Shown one piece after another: positions 30,243 to 43,369 of a stretch of 64,000 nucleotides of DNA. Made by a program: the position numbers and the translations under genes. The DNA lies in NCBI RefSeq assembly GCF_024521635.1, contig NW_026250411.1, forward strand, positions 682,001 through 746,000, in the 5' to 3' direction. The notes beneath the pieces were generated by a model that was given only the letters and a program-made list of their open reading frames with translations, was not told the origin of the DNA and did not search any database. The first letter of the stretch is position 1. The number at the start of each line of letters is the position of its first letter. The stretch comes from Tricharina praecox (lineage: Eukaryota).

Positions 30243-31594
30243 CTACGAGATAACTCCCAGGCCCGCTAGATTCTTTCCGTACCGCCACTGATAAATAATA
30301 AAGACAACAGTCGCAATCCAATTCCAAACAAAGGTGTAGCAAGCTACCTGCATGGACCGCGGGGCGTCGAGCCAGATCTCGCCATAGCCGTCAGTCAGCT
30401 CTAGGAATTTCACGGGATCGTCAGTGCAAACGCCGTCTATTGAGTCGTTTTCTATTGCCCATCTATGGATGCCGATTAACATTTGCTAGTAGGTATTCGA
30501 TCTAGCAGGAACGGGAGACATACTTCATGGTTTCCTCCTCGTTGACGGTCCAGACATACACCTTCCTTCCCGCGTCCTTGGCTTCTTTGGCAAGGTCTTT
30601 ACCTGCCGTGGTTTGCAGTATTGGCCAGAATAGGTTGAAGCCGACGTTGGTGTGCTCCAGGAACTCACGGGCGTACGTGGTCGAGAAACCGATATGCTAT
30701 ACCTTTCCGTCAACATTACTCACCACCCGGTGATCGGTGGCAACTCACGACAATCGGAAATCCTGGAAGATACTTCTCGCACAGCTTCTCGCCATTAGCA
30801 TCGCATACGCCCATGTCCCGGAGGTCCACCGAACATACAGGTAAAAACTTCAACGTCCAACACCCCAAAACAATCTTCTCTCGCCAGTATTCCGCGCCGC
30901 CATCATGGACAGACTTTATTGTCTCGGCAGTCAATCTCATAACATCGTCCGCGACGTTGTCGACCTTGATATCGAGCAGCAACCATATATCCTTGTCACG
31001 CACATACTCGACGACCTCCTTCAGGGAGGGTAGCGGCAGATGCGGCTCCTTCAGTGTGCGCAGCGTCTGTATGTACGAGTAGTCGCAGTCGATGATTTTC
31101 TTCTCGACGCCGAAGCAGCGTTTCAATGTTGCATCCTTTGGTGCTTCTGGTTAGCACCCCACCGAGAAGTGCCAAGTGACAGGAGCCGGATTACATGTGA
31201 CATAACCACAACGCCGTCGCGCGTGAGGTGTAGATCTAGGTATGCAGGTTCAGTCTCCGCCGGCCGGCCGAACTGGAATGGAGGGTAGCCATAGTCATAC
31301 CCGTCTCAATCGCGTCCGACCCGGCTTCGAAAGCGGCTTCGAACGCCAGCATCGTGTTTTCGGGGTACTTTGTTTGATCCCTGGGCGCGGTTAACCAGCC
31401 GCCCCGCTTTCCCGATCAGCTGTGGGTGCATACCCGCGATGTGTGATCGCCTGTGTGCTCCGTCGCTGCTGCATTGCGTCGCTTGGTTCTGGAGCGGAGT
31501 TAGTATGATATTTCCGGACGTAAAGATGGGGACAGCGCTGACCGTCGCAAGACTTGAGTAAGGGGTCCTGCAAACGAATCTTCTCCTGCTCCAT
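30243..31594 (-). CDS. Glycerophosphodiester phosphodiesterase (PGC1-like), multi-exon, C-terminal TM
   Basis: AITHRG..KYPENTMLAF, DLHLTRDGVVVMSHD, LLDIK, YVWTVNEE, DGVCTDDP. Confidence 0.88.
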
Positions 31595-32945
31595 AGCTTC
31601 GAGGTAGTAATTCGCTGTCTGGCTTGTAGTTGTGGAGTTGAAAGCTCAAGAGGCAGCTCGGTCATATAGGGAAATGCAGGCAGACGGAGAGCTAAGGATT
31701 GTGGAGTGTGGAGCTAACTAGCAGTATGTATGCAGGTACTATAGTAGAGTAGTAGACCTGGCGATACAGTCCAGCTGGCGACGACTGCAACTTCGACTTC
31801 AGCTGTTCCCGAGCAGAGTGTGTGGAGTATATAGCTGGAAGGAAGGGAAGTGAGGGAAGAAGTACCTAGCAAGAGGTCCCCTCTGTCACACACCTACTTA
31901 GTCATTTAGGTACCTCGTCGTCTGATACCTAACCTCGTCGTCTGATACCTAAACCGCCGCGCACAGATCAAGGGTCCTAAACATCTGCGGTGTCACCTCG
32001 CATCTGCAAAACACGGAGAATGTTGTGCCGCGGGTCTGGTTTAGGCTGGGTTAGCCGCCAGCCAGGTGTTTGGCTAACGGCGGGGTTACATAAGATGGTT
32101 CACAAGCCTGGCCGTGCAACGCATCACATGCATAACCTATGATATATTTGAGAGCTGGCGGAAGGAAATTGAACGGTGGGTCCTCTGAACATTTCAATGA
32201 AGTCATTCCGCTCAAGTATCCTCAGCTGTGTGCTAACTAATCGCCCACAGTTCTTCGGCATTTCATGCTGCATACGGCTATACAAAACCGACAGTGCTCG
32301 ATTACCTACCGTATCTCTAGCCACGAAGATGGATTGATGACTCAAAGACATTCCATCCTATGACACTGACCGTCTTTACGGCAATACGAGGGCGAGTGAT
32401 CGATGTTCCTGCATAGCACATTCTCGGCGATCATACGGAAGGATTGGTCGGCCGCCACCGCGTTGCTGTCACGGTACGCACAGGCAATGCCCTCTAAGGG
32501 CTGATATACTTAGTGAAGTTGTGTTGTGTTGTGTTAAGGGATCGAGTAGAAGGAGCGGCCGCAATCGCTGCAATCGCAGCAATCGTTGCCATCGTTGCCA
32601 TCGGTTCATGGAAAGATGCACAACCGGTTCTGCCAGCTTTCCCGAATACAGGACCAATGTCGGTGTCAGATCATAGATGCGCTTGGAAAGTTGGCCGCTA
32701 GATAGCCGTCTAAATCTCGACTTTGGCTTCCTCCTGTAGATAGGAATAGAGCACTTACCCACTCCTATATCTGTTCCGTAATCTACATATACGTCGGCTC
32801 CGGCCGATGGGATACGCCTAGGTACCTCTCACTATCCAGATCGATATCCACAGCACTGGACCGGACCGTAGCGCCGTTGCACCACTTACTAGGTAAGTAG
32901 CTGGATACCGCGGGATTGAAGGAGTTATCTATCGTGTCCCTGGTT

Positions 32946-33767
32946 CAGTGCTCCCGGTAGTCCAGTCCAGCCCAGTCCATAAAATTGGAGGGCGGTTTAA
33001 ATTCAGTCCGTCCTCAAGATTTGCCGCCTCGGACTGCAGTCGACTGACAGACTGATACTTTCTGAAATTTTTGGGTCGAACAATAGGGCTAGCGGGCATC
33101 ACTCTTTCGATGTATCACATGTTCTCTTTTCATATCATGCCAGCTCTCTATCTCTTACTCCACCGTCGTCTGAATAAAGATACGATGGGGGGTTCCCAGC
33201 AGGAACCACATCCATGATCCATACGATTCTATTGATAATGTGATACAGTACTGGGCGAATATTAAGTCACATGGACCTCGCTGGAAAGATCTCGCCAGAA
33301 TATAATGGCCCTCGAGTGTTTGGGCATTCCCGTCATGAGAGCAGAGCCAGAACGAGTTTTTAATGGGACTAAAGTCACACTCTCTCATCGTCGCTGCAGC
33401 ATGGGTGACGACGCACTGAAGGCCCTGGAATGTCTCAAAGCTGGCAGCGAGATGGTCTTGTACATAGCTGCTACAAAGGGCGATATCAAGGAGATGGAGA
33501 CTGTCCTCAATGCACTGTGCGAGGAGGATCTGCAATAGCTTTACTATAGACGTGTACAGAAAGCTCATTACTGATTTCAAACATTTTCCATTCAAAGTGC
33601 CAGTCCGTCCAGTCGACTGCAGTCCGTCCAGTCGATTGCAGTCCGTCCAGCCCCTACTAGTTGCGCCGACTGCCCAGTCCAGTCCACGCCTCCTGCCGGA
33701 CTGAATCTCTCAGTCCAGTCCGACTTTTGCCAAAAAGACGGACGAGACTGGACTATCGGAGGCACTG
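32946..33767 (+). mobile_element. Internally deleted hAT DNA transposon with a transposase C-terminal relic
   Basis: Imperfect TIRs CAGTGCTCCCGGTAGTCCAGTC (32946) and reverse complement CAGTGCCTCCGATAGTCCAGTC (ends 33767); subterminal CAGTC repeats; frameshifted WKDLAR/MALECLGIPVMRAEPERVFNGTKVTLSHRRCSMGDDALKALECLK resembles the hAT dimerisation domain. No clean TSD. Confidence 0.8.
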
Positions 33768-33832
33768 CTTGATGCCGAAGCGCCACTTTACGTTGTCCTC
33801 TGCTGGGGGCAGAGGAATGATCGGGCTCCGGG

Positions 33833-34142
33833 CAGTGTTCGACATAGTCCGGTCCCGACTGCAGTCTGAACTGGACGGACTGCCCAAGATCTGTAAAAGT
33901 AGTCCGTCCAGTCCATGGATTTCGTGGACTGGGTGTAGACTGGGTGCGGACTGCAGTCGACTGCAGTCCAGTCCGTCCTGCCATCGATTTGTTTTGGACT
34001 AGGTAGGTAGGTAGTCCGTCCGAACACCGCTCCCGGGCGGTCTGCCAAGATACAGTCCAGTCCAGTCCAGTCCAGTCCAGTCCAGCCCAGTCCGAGGCTC
34101 AGGACGGACTGGACGGACTGGACTGGACTGTGTCGAACACTG
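33833..34142. mobile_element. 310-bp non-autonomous hAT-like MITE
   Basis: TIRs CAGTGTTCGACATAGTCC ... GGACTGTGTCGAACACTG; interior made of CAGTC/GACTG and GACTGCAGTC repeats; no clean TSD. Confidence 0.78.
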
Positions 34143-34770
34143 GATTGGGGCTCCAGAGGACAGTCTCGAATACCTAACTTCCAGGACTCTATGATGTGGA
34201 AGGGAATGAATTATCCAGCCCGAGTCACGACTCACCCGCGCTGCTGTGGATCCCCCCCCACTACTACATGGTACTTGTCATGCCTGTCTGCCTGTCTGCC
34301 TGCCTGCCTGCCTGCCTAGAAGCGTTGAGTGATATCAGGTAGGTATCATGTTTTGTCGCCGGTTGTTCCCTGTGGCATTGCAAAAATCGCAGGTTCACCC
34401 CGTCTGCTACGATAACTGGCGACAATAGAGCAACCGGTATACTATGCTTAGACTAAGCAATTGCCCAGCTAGAGTAGTTGGACAGCCGGACCGGTGCCCG
34501 AACGGGCCGACAAAGCGGAGGTGGTCCATTAATTTACGAGTGATCGCCATGACTCAATTTCTCTGAATCGAAGAATCCCCGAGTAGAGAGTAGAAGTACC
34601 ATTACCATTAAACTAACCCAGTGCGTCCTATCCAAATGCGCACCCAGAGACCGCCGAGAATACAGGTAAAGTAGGCCCAAATTATATGTAAAACCAAGCA
34701 CTTACGCAAATGCCGAATTCCCACACATATACCTCGTGTGCGCCATGCCTACCTACCTACTTCACACTCC

Positions 34771-36456
34771 CTAAAACCCACCCCCAACCACCGCCATCAC
34801 ACCGCTCATTCCCAGCAACAGCAATCGGCGATCAACCATGACCCCCGCGGCGACGCCCTTCTTCTTATCTGGCTTCCCATCACCATCGAGGTCGCCCGGC
34901 TGTGTGCACGCGCACCCGCCCGTGCCGCCCGACAGGTCCTGCTTCACGCGGTCCAGAAAGTTGATCGCGTTGGTGGCCCCGGCGTCTTCCAGGAATGCGT
35001 TCAGCACCGCCTGCTTCCGCGTGATCGTGTAGTCGCGCACTTCGCCCGTGTCCGCGGTTTTGGAGAATTCGAACCAGACGGTTGCCTTACGGGGTGGGTC
35101 AGCTGACGGGATTGGAGGGGAGGGGAGGAAAGGGGGGAGAGAGGAAGTACTTTGAGCAGCGGGTAGTCTTTCAGTGTTTCCGGGCTCCAGAACTGGCGCC
35201 ACCACTGGCGCTTGACCTCGACCTCGCCGTCGCCTTCGGGGAAGTCGGGGTAGTACGCGGACGCTGTCTCGGCGATCATGAACGGCTTGTTTTTCCCCTT
35301 CGCGTAGATCTCGTAGATGTTGAACTTGGTGCCGGGGTTGTTGATGTACATATTCAGCGGGCCGCGCTTATCCATTTTATTCGCCCTGTCGTCGGACTCT
35401 CGGTTATCGCGCTTGCTGTACAGCGAGATGCCGATCCAGTCCACCACGTCGTCGCCGGGATAGTACGGACCGAACGGATCATCGTGCTCGTCAAGGACGC
35501 CATCGCGGTTGGTATCCATCTGCTTGAACCTGCTGCCCTCGGTATCGGTGGGAAGATACTTCCCCGCGCCGTCGTACGGGTATCCCACACCCGTATTCGG
35601 CGCCCACACCATAGCCGTGTTCTCCGCGGCGGCCTTGACCGCCGCGGCGACGGCGCGGTAGGTGTCTCTGTACTCGCCCGGCCGCGCGCCCCACGGATAC
35701 CAGTCGCCGTTCATCTCGTGTGCGAAGCGCACAAAGACGCCGACGCCGGCATCGTTGATGTCGCGGCAGAGCCGGGCCAGGTACGTGGTCACCACGCTGT
35801 CGATCTTGTGCAGCCCGTCCCACGGCTCGATGGTGAGCATCAGGATAGCGCCGGCGGCCTTCGCCGCCGCGATCTGGCAGTTCAGTGGCTCGTTCAGCCC
35901 GCCTTCGAGATGTGCGGCGTCGAAATACACGTTCAGGATCGTCGGCGCGCGGTTCTCGCCGAGGGAGAGCACGTAGTCGTCTGTTGTCATAGACTTTGTG
36001 TCGAGCGAGGCCCCCCATGATATGCTACCGGTTGTGCTGGTCAGGTCGGCGAAGGTCACCGCTTTGGATGCTGGGAGGAGTTTGCCAGTGTACGTGCAGT
36101 TGCGGAAGGTTACTACTTCTGCTGCGGCGGCGGGGGAGAGGAGGAGCGCGAGGGTGAGCGTAATGAGGGTGAAAATCCATGCTGTAGTGGTAGGGACCTT
36201 CTTGCTCTGTAAAGATCGTCGCCATGACGATGCCGATGGCCGTGGCCGTGGTGGTGACCTTGGTATATATCGTCGCGATGGTGAACTCACTCTCGATGAG
36301 CCCTGTGGACAGTTTAGTACAGCAACAACTTGAGGAAAGGGGAGTACGAGTGAAAATAGTACTCACGCCGAGCAATATTTCCTCGCAGTCACAGCCACTG
36401 CATCCACCTGTACCTCCACCTGTACCTCCGCCGACGCACTCTTCTATCGCCATCAT
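34771..36456 (-). CDS. Glycoside hydrolase family 26 with N-terminal signal/anchor and GPI-like C-terminus, 3 exons (introns 36303-36366, 35086-35150)
   Basis: LTIEPW, VRFAHEMNGDWYPW (acid/base), YYPGDDVVDWIG, KPFMIAET (nucleophile); hydrophobic WIFTLITLTLALLLSPAAAA and tail LLLLGMSGVMAVVGGGF. Start inferred through the upstream intron. Confidence 0.85.
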
Positions 36457-37955
36457 CGAAATAAGAAGAAGGAAAAAAACGAGTGTATGTGGTGTGAGTT
36501 CAGGAGTCAACAAGCAGTCGAATTCTACTGGAGCAACGCTGCAACCCAGATCTCACAGCGACGCCACCGCATTCCTACTGTGCGTACAGACGGATAACCC
36601 TTCCACCAGCACGAACACATGTATCTGAAGCTAGACCCAATAGCAAGAAGGGCCTACTAGTACATAGAATGAATGGGGACTCACACCTATCATGATTCAT
36701 ACATACACCACTAGCCACTGACCACCAGTAGAGTAGGTATGATGCAAGCACCATTTCCCCCAATGAGCGCCCCAAGGCCTCGACTCGCCAGCTCACTCGT
36801 CGCCCCGCCCCCATCCTTGTGTCCCAAGCGATGAGCACGACGGCCTCAACGAGTCGAACCCAGACAAATACCGTACCGTGGCCCTAAAATCCGACCCACC
36901 CAACCTTGGTCGCAAAATAAATCCGAGACATGTGTAGAATCTAGATATGCTAGATATGCTGCAGCGGGTTGGAGTCCGTGATAGGCATACTCAAATACCG
37001 GCAAAAGCGCACAAATGATGGGAAAGCGCAGGAATTGTTGTCCTCCAGAGTCCAGGCTCCTTACATACGAAGAATCATGGAAGGAAAGAAGAGAAGAGAG
37101 ACGGAAGAGAAGGAAGAGATCGGCAGCAGCAATTGAGACGTAAAACGCAGAGCGCAGAACTCTACGCACACAAAGAAACGGCAGCAGCTGCCGTTCCCAT
37201 CCGTGCCGTGTCTGAGCTATGTATAGCACCAATAGCAAATCTAGCAAATCTAGCAAATCGTACAACTTGTAGTCTGGTAGTCTCTTAGAGTAGATCCCCG
37301 GAAGCGAATGGCAATCCCGTACGGGGGATGACGTGGGAAATCCGCGTTGTTGTGGTTTAGTTGTGGTTGTTCTGGTTGTCCTGGTTGTTCCTGTTAAGGT
37401 TGGTGGTGGTGGGGGATCAGAGGATCTATCCAGTAAGCGAGCGCAACTGGTGCTTAGCGCTCCCACTTCATGCTCAAGTCCCAATTCGGCTCTGTGTGCT
37501 GTAGATAGTGGCGTTCGATCCTCCGAAAGGGGAAGAAACCTTTGCGGGCTTTACTACGGTAGCTTTCGCTCGTGTGGCTGATTCGGTTGACTTCGATGAG
37601 CGCACTGGTTTTGTACCTCTCGGGACTCCTTCTCGGACGGGGAAGGTCCCAAAATTCACTACATACTCTACCTCCCCCCGAGGGCTGAATGCCCGTAATG
37701 ACGACACAGGCCGCTGCATGAGCCACCGTAGTGGCGCAGCCTTAGAGGAGGAAGATGGACATACTTGGGGCAGTGGAAAGATTATGGCTATCTACAAGAA
37801 CTATCTTCGATCAACGACAGCGGAAGGCATAGCAGCAGGTATATGAGCTCAAAGAGATAGTTATGTAAATGCAATGCTCAAGAGTACGATCTGTTACTGG
37901 GAATATACCAAGTACACTTTTGATCCCACAGTCCACTGCCAGCAGCCCAACCCTC

Positions 37956-39609
37956 CTACTTTCCAACTGCCTTAACAATCGCATCCATGCTCAAACTCTT
38001 CGGCCTCTCAATGGGCAGACCCAGCGCGCGGTCCCAGACCAACTGCGCCAGCGGTCCCAGTCCACGACTCACGCCGAAGGTGACAGTGTAGTACAGATCG
38101 TGGTTGATTCCGTAGTGGTGGAACAGACATCCCGAGGCGGAGTCGACGTTGGGATGCGGGTTCTTCGTCTTGCCGTGCTCGGTCAGCACCTTGGTCGCCA
38201 CCTCGCTGGTCTTCTTGACGAGCTTGAACACATCGCTCTTCTTGACCTCGGGTCGCGACTCGGCAAAGGCCATGAGTGCGTCGAAGCGGGGGTCCGGCTT
38301 GCGGAGGACGGCGTGGCCGTAGCCCGGGATCACCTGACCCGACTTGAGGAGGCTCCACAAGTACTCTTCGACGTCGGCCGACGTGGCGTTGTTGCCGACC
38401 TTCTTCTGCATCTTCTGGACGAAGCGCAAGACCTCCTGTGCAGCGAGTCCGTGGAGCGGGCCAGCAAGTCCCTGGAGACCAGCGGAGTAGGACAGGAAGG
38501 GGTCGCTGAGTGCGGAACCAACGAGGTGGGTAGCATGCGCCGAGACGTTTCCTCCCTCGTGGTCACCGTGGAGAGCGAGGTACAATCGGAGAAGGTCGAC
38601 GAAGCCCTCATTGTCGGCTTTTCCGAGCATGGCTGCGTAGTTGTGCGACCAGTCCTGGTTCAGGTCAATCGGCGGCAAAGCTCCACCGCCGAGGTAGGTG
38701 TTCTGGTAGATCTTGGCGGCAATGGTGGGCAGTTTGGCGAGCAGCTGGATCGAGTCGTCGAATGTGGGCTCCCAGTAATCCGCCTTCTTGAGTGTTCCGG
38801 ACTCGTACAGTTTTGCGAATTTGGAATCGTGGTTCAGCGCAGAAACGGCGATCGCAACTGGAAGTCTCAGCTGTGAGCTGAATGGCAACGCCGAGCATGG
38901 GGGAGGAAAGCATACACTGCGTCATGGGGTGCAAAGTGGTGGGCAAGTTATCGAGCAGCTTCTCGATAAACTCCGGAATGCCGGCATTCTCAGCCAGCGT
39001 CCGACTCAACCCACGAACCTGCTCCGTGCTCGGGACCTGGCCAGTCAACAGAAGCCAGAACATTCCCTCGGGCAGCATCTCCTGTCCCGAGAGCCCCTTC
39101 GGCAGAACCTCCTGGCAATCCTTGATGGTTTTTCCGTGGAAGCGGATGCCCTCGTTGGCGTCGAGGACCGATCCCTCCCAGAGCATTCCCTTCAACCCAC
39201 TGCCACAACGTCAGACGCCATGCGGGCCGACGACCGGAAGTAAAACATACCGCATGCCCCCGATGGCATTCTCGACTGTGATCTCGCCCAGAACCTTCTG
39301 ACCGTGCACGGCCTTCAGCTGCTTGAGCTGCTCGCGCTTCGCTGGAATGACCTCCTTCAGCGTCTCCTTCAGGTCTTTCTGCGAGCTCGTCGAGGCGTTC
39401 CGCTTGGCTACATACGAGATTGTTGCGGGTCGGAACTATTTACGAAACATTGAGTAAGTCATTGGGCCCTGTCTGTCGCTCCCAGCATTGCGGGACGGTG
39501 ATGTGGGGTAACGTGGAGAGGTGGAGGGGTGGAGGGGCAGTGAGGTAAAACTGACTTTGGCGGCCCTCAGGGCTCTGCTGCAGCTCCGGATCGAAACGTT
39601 GGACGCCAT
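37956..39609 (-). CDS. mcsA: Mitochondrial 2-methylcitrate synthase (citrate synthase family), 4 exons
   Basis: [95 protein letters not shown]. The HGDH and LAAQE variants fit the McsA/Cit3 type better than Cit1. Confidence 0.88.
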
Positions 39610-40980
39610 GATGGGGTCTAGAAGGGTATCAAGAGATAGTGATGCACAGACAATATGCTTCTGCTACTGCTTCGATTGAGGGGACGGACACAATTCGATT
39701 AAAAGGGAGATGGAGGGTTCGGCTATGAGGAACGGAGAAAGGGAAGAAGCCACGAGGTTTCAGGCCGGTCTAGGGATACGTCGATCGATTGGGAAGCATC
39801 TTGCCTGTGCGGTCAACTGGGTTTAACGGCTTCAGGACGGAGGGTACGGATCGGGCGAGTTCCGTGTTGCTTTTCTATGCCGTGGATTGCCGAACAGGTT
39901 GCTTCCTTGCTCCCCCCAAGCCCAGCATGTGATCTGCCAGCTCCACAGCTAGCTGATTTTGTGGGGTCGGCCCGAGTTTAATAGATGCGCTAATTCGTCA
40001 CTAAACGCCCTTATCAGATGTGCGCTGGTGCGAGGTACCCCGCACCCCCACAAGGGGATCGGCTAGATCCGCGCGAGTATAGAGTAGTCATCAGTGTGGC
40101 CCACGATCATACATCCGATAGTAGTCGAAGCAACAGGCCTCAACCGGTGCGATTGCGGTCGGTTGCGATCTTTTCTACTCCAAGTTCGGCACGCCGGAAC
40201 CCACCCAGGTCTCCAGCCACCGGAGGCCGAAAAGACTCCCCTAAGTCCCCTCCCCCATCTGCCGCACTGGCCGCATGTGGTTTAGTAGAAGGAACAGCGC
40301 GCAACGTCATGCCTCTACCAAGGTGCTGGATTCTCTGCCGGCATGCATACCGAACCACGACGCCTGCAGAACCACGACCCAATGAAAGCCGATGAAATAT
40401 TGCTGCGGCAAGTATGTAGAGTAGAGCTGTCCATGGTATGTTGTTCGCCAGCCAGCCGTCCCGACTCGAGAGAGAGAGAGGGGCGGCGAATCAATTTCGA
40501 TGGGAGCAAACAGGCCGCGTACCTGTGTGTCCGAAAGAGAAGGAGAGAGAAAAACGGAGGAATCAGCGCAGTTGAGAATGGTATTGCCATCAATTGAAAT
40601 CGTCCATCATCAGCCAACGAGGCTGCCCCCCCCTCGGTCGCCCGAGGTTCGTTCATTATTGTACGTAAAGTGTATAGAAGTATGTGAGAAAAGAAAACCA
40701 AGATGCAACCCGCATGAAACCCATGAAAAAAGGGAAAAATATGAAAGATGAAAGAAAAAAACGAAAAAGTCATGAATCCCGTGGCTCCTTCCCTGGCGTA
40801 TCGTACTTCCTCCTCCGGCCTTCCTCCCAATCCTTTTGCCCCTCCCTCCATCCCGAGTCCCCTTGCCTTCCTCCTCCATTCCTTGATGCCAAAATTAACC
40901 CTCCTTCATACAATTACAATCCTTCATGAATCAACAGAAACAAAACCTTCCTCCCAAATTCCAAATCCCAAGCCCCCAAA

Positions 40981-43369
40981 TCAAGGGCAGAACAAGAAAC
41001 GATGAGTAATGAAAAGATTGAACGCATTAAGAAGAATGATGGGCAAGAAGTTGTACCAAGCCCAACCGCCGAGGATGCAGTAAGCAACTCCAGATATCAG
41101 GAAGCCCTCGAAGGTGATGGTCCAGCACCAAGCCAGGATCCGCATGTTCCTGTACTTGTTGTTCTTGTGGGCCTTCGCGTCTCCGGACGGGACCCAAGCG
41201 AGGGCAGTGCCGAAGAGTCGGTCCTTGATGGCGGTGAGGTAGGCGTACTGCTGGATGGCCATGATGTATTGCACGTGGATCGAGTACTTGGCTTTGGCCC
41301 ACATCCGGATCGCGATGAACGAGTACAGTAGCGACGGAATAGCGAACGCCAGGTTGTAGTACATCAGGAACTCCGGACGGAACCACATCAGGAGGATACC
41401 GGGGAGCGGGTTGATGAAGATGCCGAGGGCAGTGGCCGAGTAGTACATCATACCAGACAGGTAGCACACCTTCTGGATGAAGGTAAGGTTGGAGGTCCAG
41501 AAGTCGGGGTTGGTCAAAAGCGTAGTGGAACCCAGGCACCATCGCATCTGCTGAGAGAAAAAGGCTCTAGGAGTGTCCGGGCAGACTCCGCAGGCGAGAC
41601 ACAAGGGAACATATCGCAATTTCCATCCACGGTTGACAGCGTAGAAGCCGGTGTGCACGTCCTCGGAAAACCCAATCTCAGCAGTTCCTCCAGTCTCGAC
41701 CAAGGCCTCGCGACGGTATACGGCATTGCTGCCGACACAGATGGAAGCACCCCAGCGGTCACGGTTCTGTTGGACGATGCGGTAGAAGAGCTCCTGCACG
41801 GATCCGGCTCCTTGTTCGACCCAGGTCTGGTCTTCCGTGGTGCGGAAGAATTGCGGGGTCTGGACGATGGCGAGCTTGGGGTCGTTCTTCATGTGGGGGA
41901 TGAGCTCCATCAGGAAATCGGAGCGGGGGCAGAAGTCGGCGTCGTAGATGGTAAAGAAGTCACCGTCTGTACGGGCAAATGCCCATCGGAGATTACCAGC
42001 CTTCTTCAGACGAGGCTTGTCGTCACGCGAGAAGTAGTTGAAGCCGTAGGATTCCGCCATAGCCTTGACCTCGGCCATGTCACCATCGTCCAGAACATAG
42101 ACTTTCATCTTCCCCTCCGGGTATTCCAGGGCGGTGATGTGCTTATAGGTGTTCTCCAGGATCTCGAGGGGCTCTTTGCAGCAGGGCAGGTAGATGTCGA
42201 CCGTGGGGGCGCTGTCAGGCGTGATTGCGTGCTCTGCGATGACCACCTTGTGTGCCTCGAAGTCGTAGTCCTTTCCGACGATACCGACCATGTAGGAGAT
42301 GACCAAGTAAATCTGAAGGAGACCGACGAATGCGCCGAACCAGTAGAAGATCGGAGCCGAGATGGTGAACAGCCACATACCAGCCGACAAACTGAGAAAA
42401 GAGAAGACACCAAAGATGTACAGTGGTACTCTCCGAGTGTTCAGGTAGCAGTACTTCTCCTCGTCCGTAGGTCCTGAAGGAAGCACGAGCGGAGGATCCT
42501 CGGTAGGGTTGTACTTCCGTTTCATGGTTGCCATCTGTCGTCCGAAGAAGCCGAGCTCTGCATCCGCTCCATCCGAAGTTCCCGCGGCCGCAGCCGCAGG
42601 AGTCTGCTCTGGTGCTTTCTTCTCGTCCACCTGAGGCACGTGGGCCTCAGCCACCTGCTCTTCATCTCCAATCTCGGCCTTCTGAGCCTCTCCACCAGCC
42701 GGTCCGGCAATTGGTGACGGGAGCTATATCGTGTTAGCTGGAATTCATCTATCCTTGGTAGCCATCGCGACTGATTGACTCACAATGAGATCTCTCGCCG
42801 GAGACTCGGTTGTTCCAAACGAAGGAATAGTAACCGGAGCAACCGCATCATCATCGCGCTCGAAAGTGCTAACGGGCCGGCTGACTGTAACTGCTGCCTC
42901 GGGTCTCTTGATGACTTCCTCATCCTCGGACTCCTCAATCGAACTTCGTGGTTCTTCCGCCCGGTGTTTTCCTGACCGATTGACGACAATCTGTATCAAA
43001 CAAAGAAGAAGAAACGGGTCAATTCCTGTTCAAGCCCCCAAACGAACCGGAGGAATGCTCGCTTACATCAATCTTCTCCCGGTCCTCCGGGAGCACTATG
43101 ACTCCCCTAGGAAGCTTGTTGTCGTGCTCAGAAAGATCTGTCCGACTGGAAGCATTCGACACAGATGCTCTCGGTGTGTTTGCTCGTGTTCCAAACAACG
43201 AGTCCAATGGTGTGGAAGTCGACGACATATCGCTAATAGTCGCCGGTGTGTATGCTCGGCCCTGCGCTTTCGCTCTCAATGCCGCGGTCGACAGCTCGAT
43301 TTCCTTCTGAGCGCGAAAGTAGTCACTGTTGAGAACCGACTCGTCCCGCTCTGCAAACGGCGTCGACAT
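40981..43369 (-). CDS. Processive GT2 glycosyltransferase, cellulose-synthase-like, 3 exons (introns 42991-43066, 42724-42783)
   Basis: D,D,D,QxxRW set: VLDDG, KAGNL, YDADF, QTPQFF, SED, QQMRW; 2 N-terminal and several C-terminal TM helices; disordered N-terminus joined in frame. Confidence 0.9.

Noticed and set aside
31905..32760. Short duplication and coding-like fragments left of the hAT relic
   Set aside because: I could not assign termini or a protein family; possibly TE debris, but unsupported.
35082..36020. Long antisense ORFs (also 37869-38876, 41653-42477, 55810-56787, 58598-59266)
   Set aside because: Shadows of GC3-rich codon usage in real genes on the opposite strand.
37508..37846. 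112-aa ORF between the GH26 and methylcitrate synthase genes
   Set aside because: GTG start, no recognisable motif, and it abuts the synthase 3' region.
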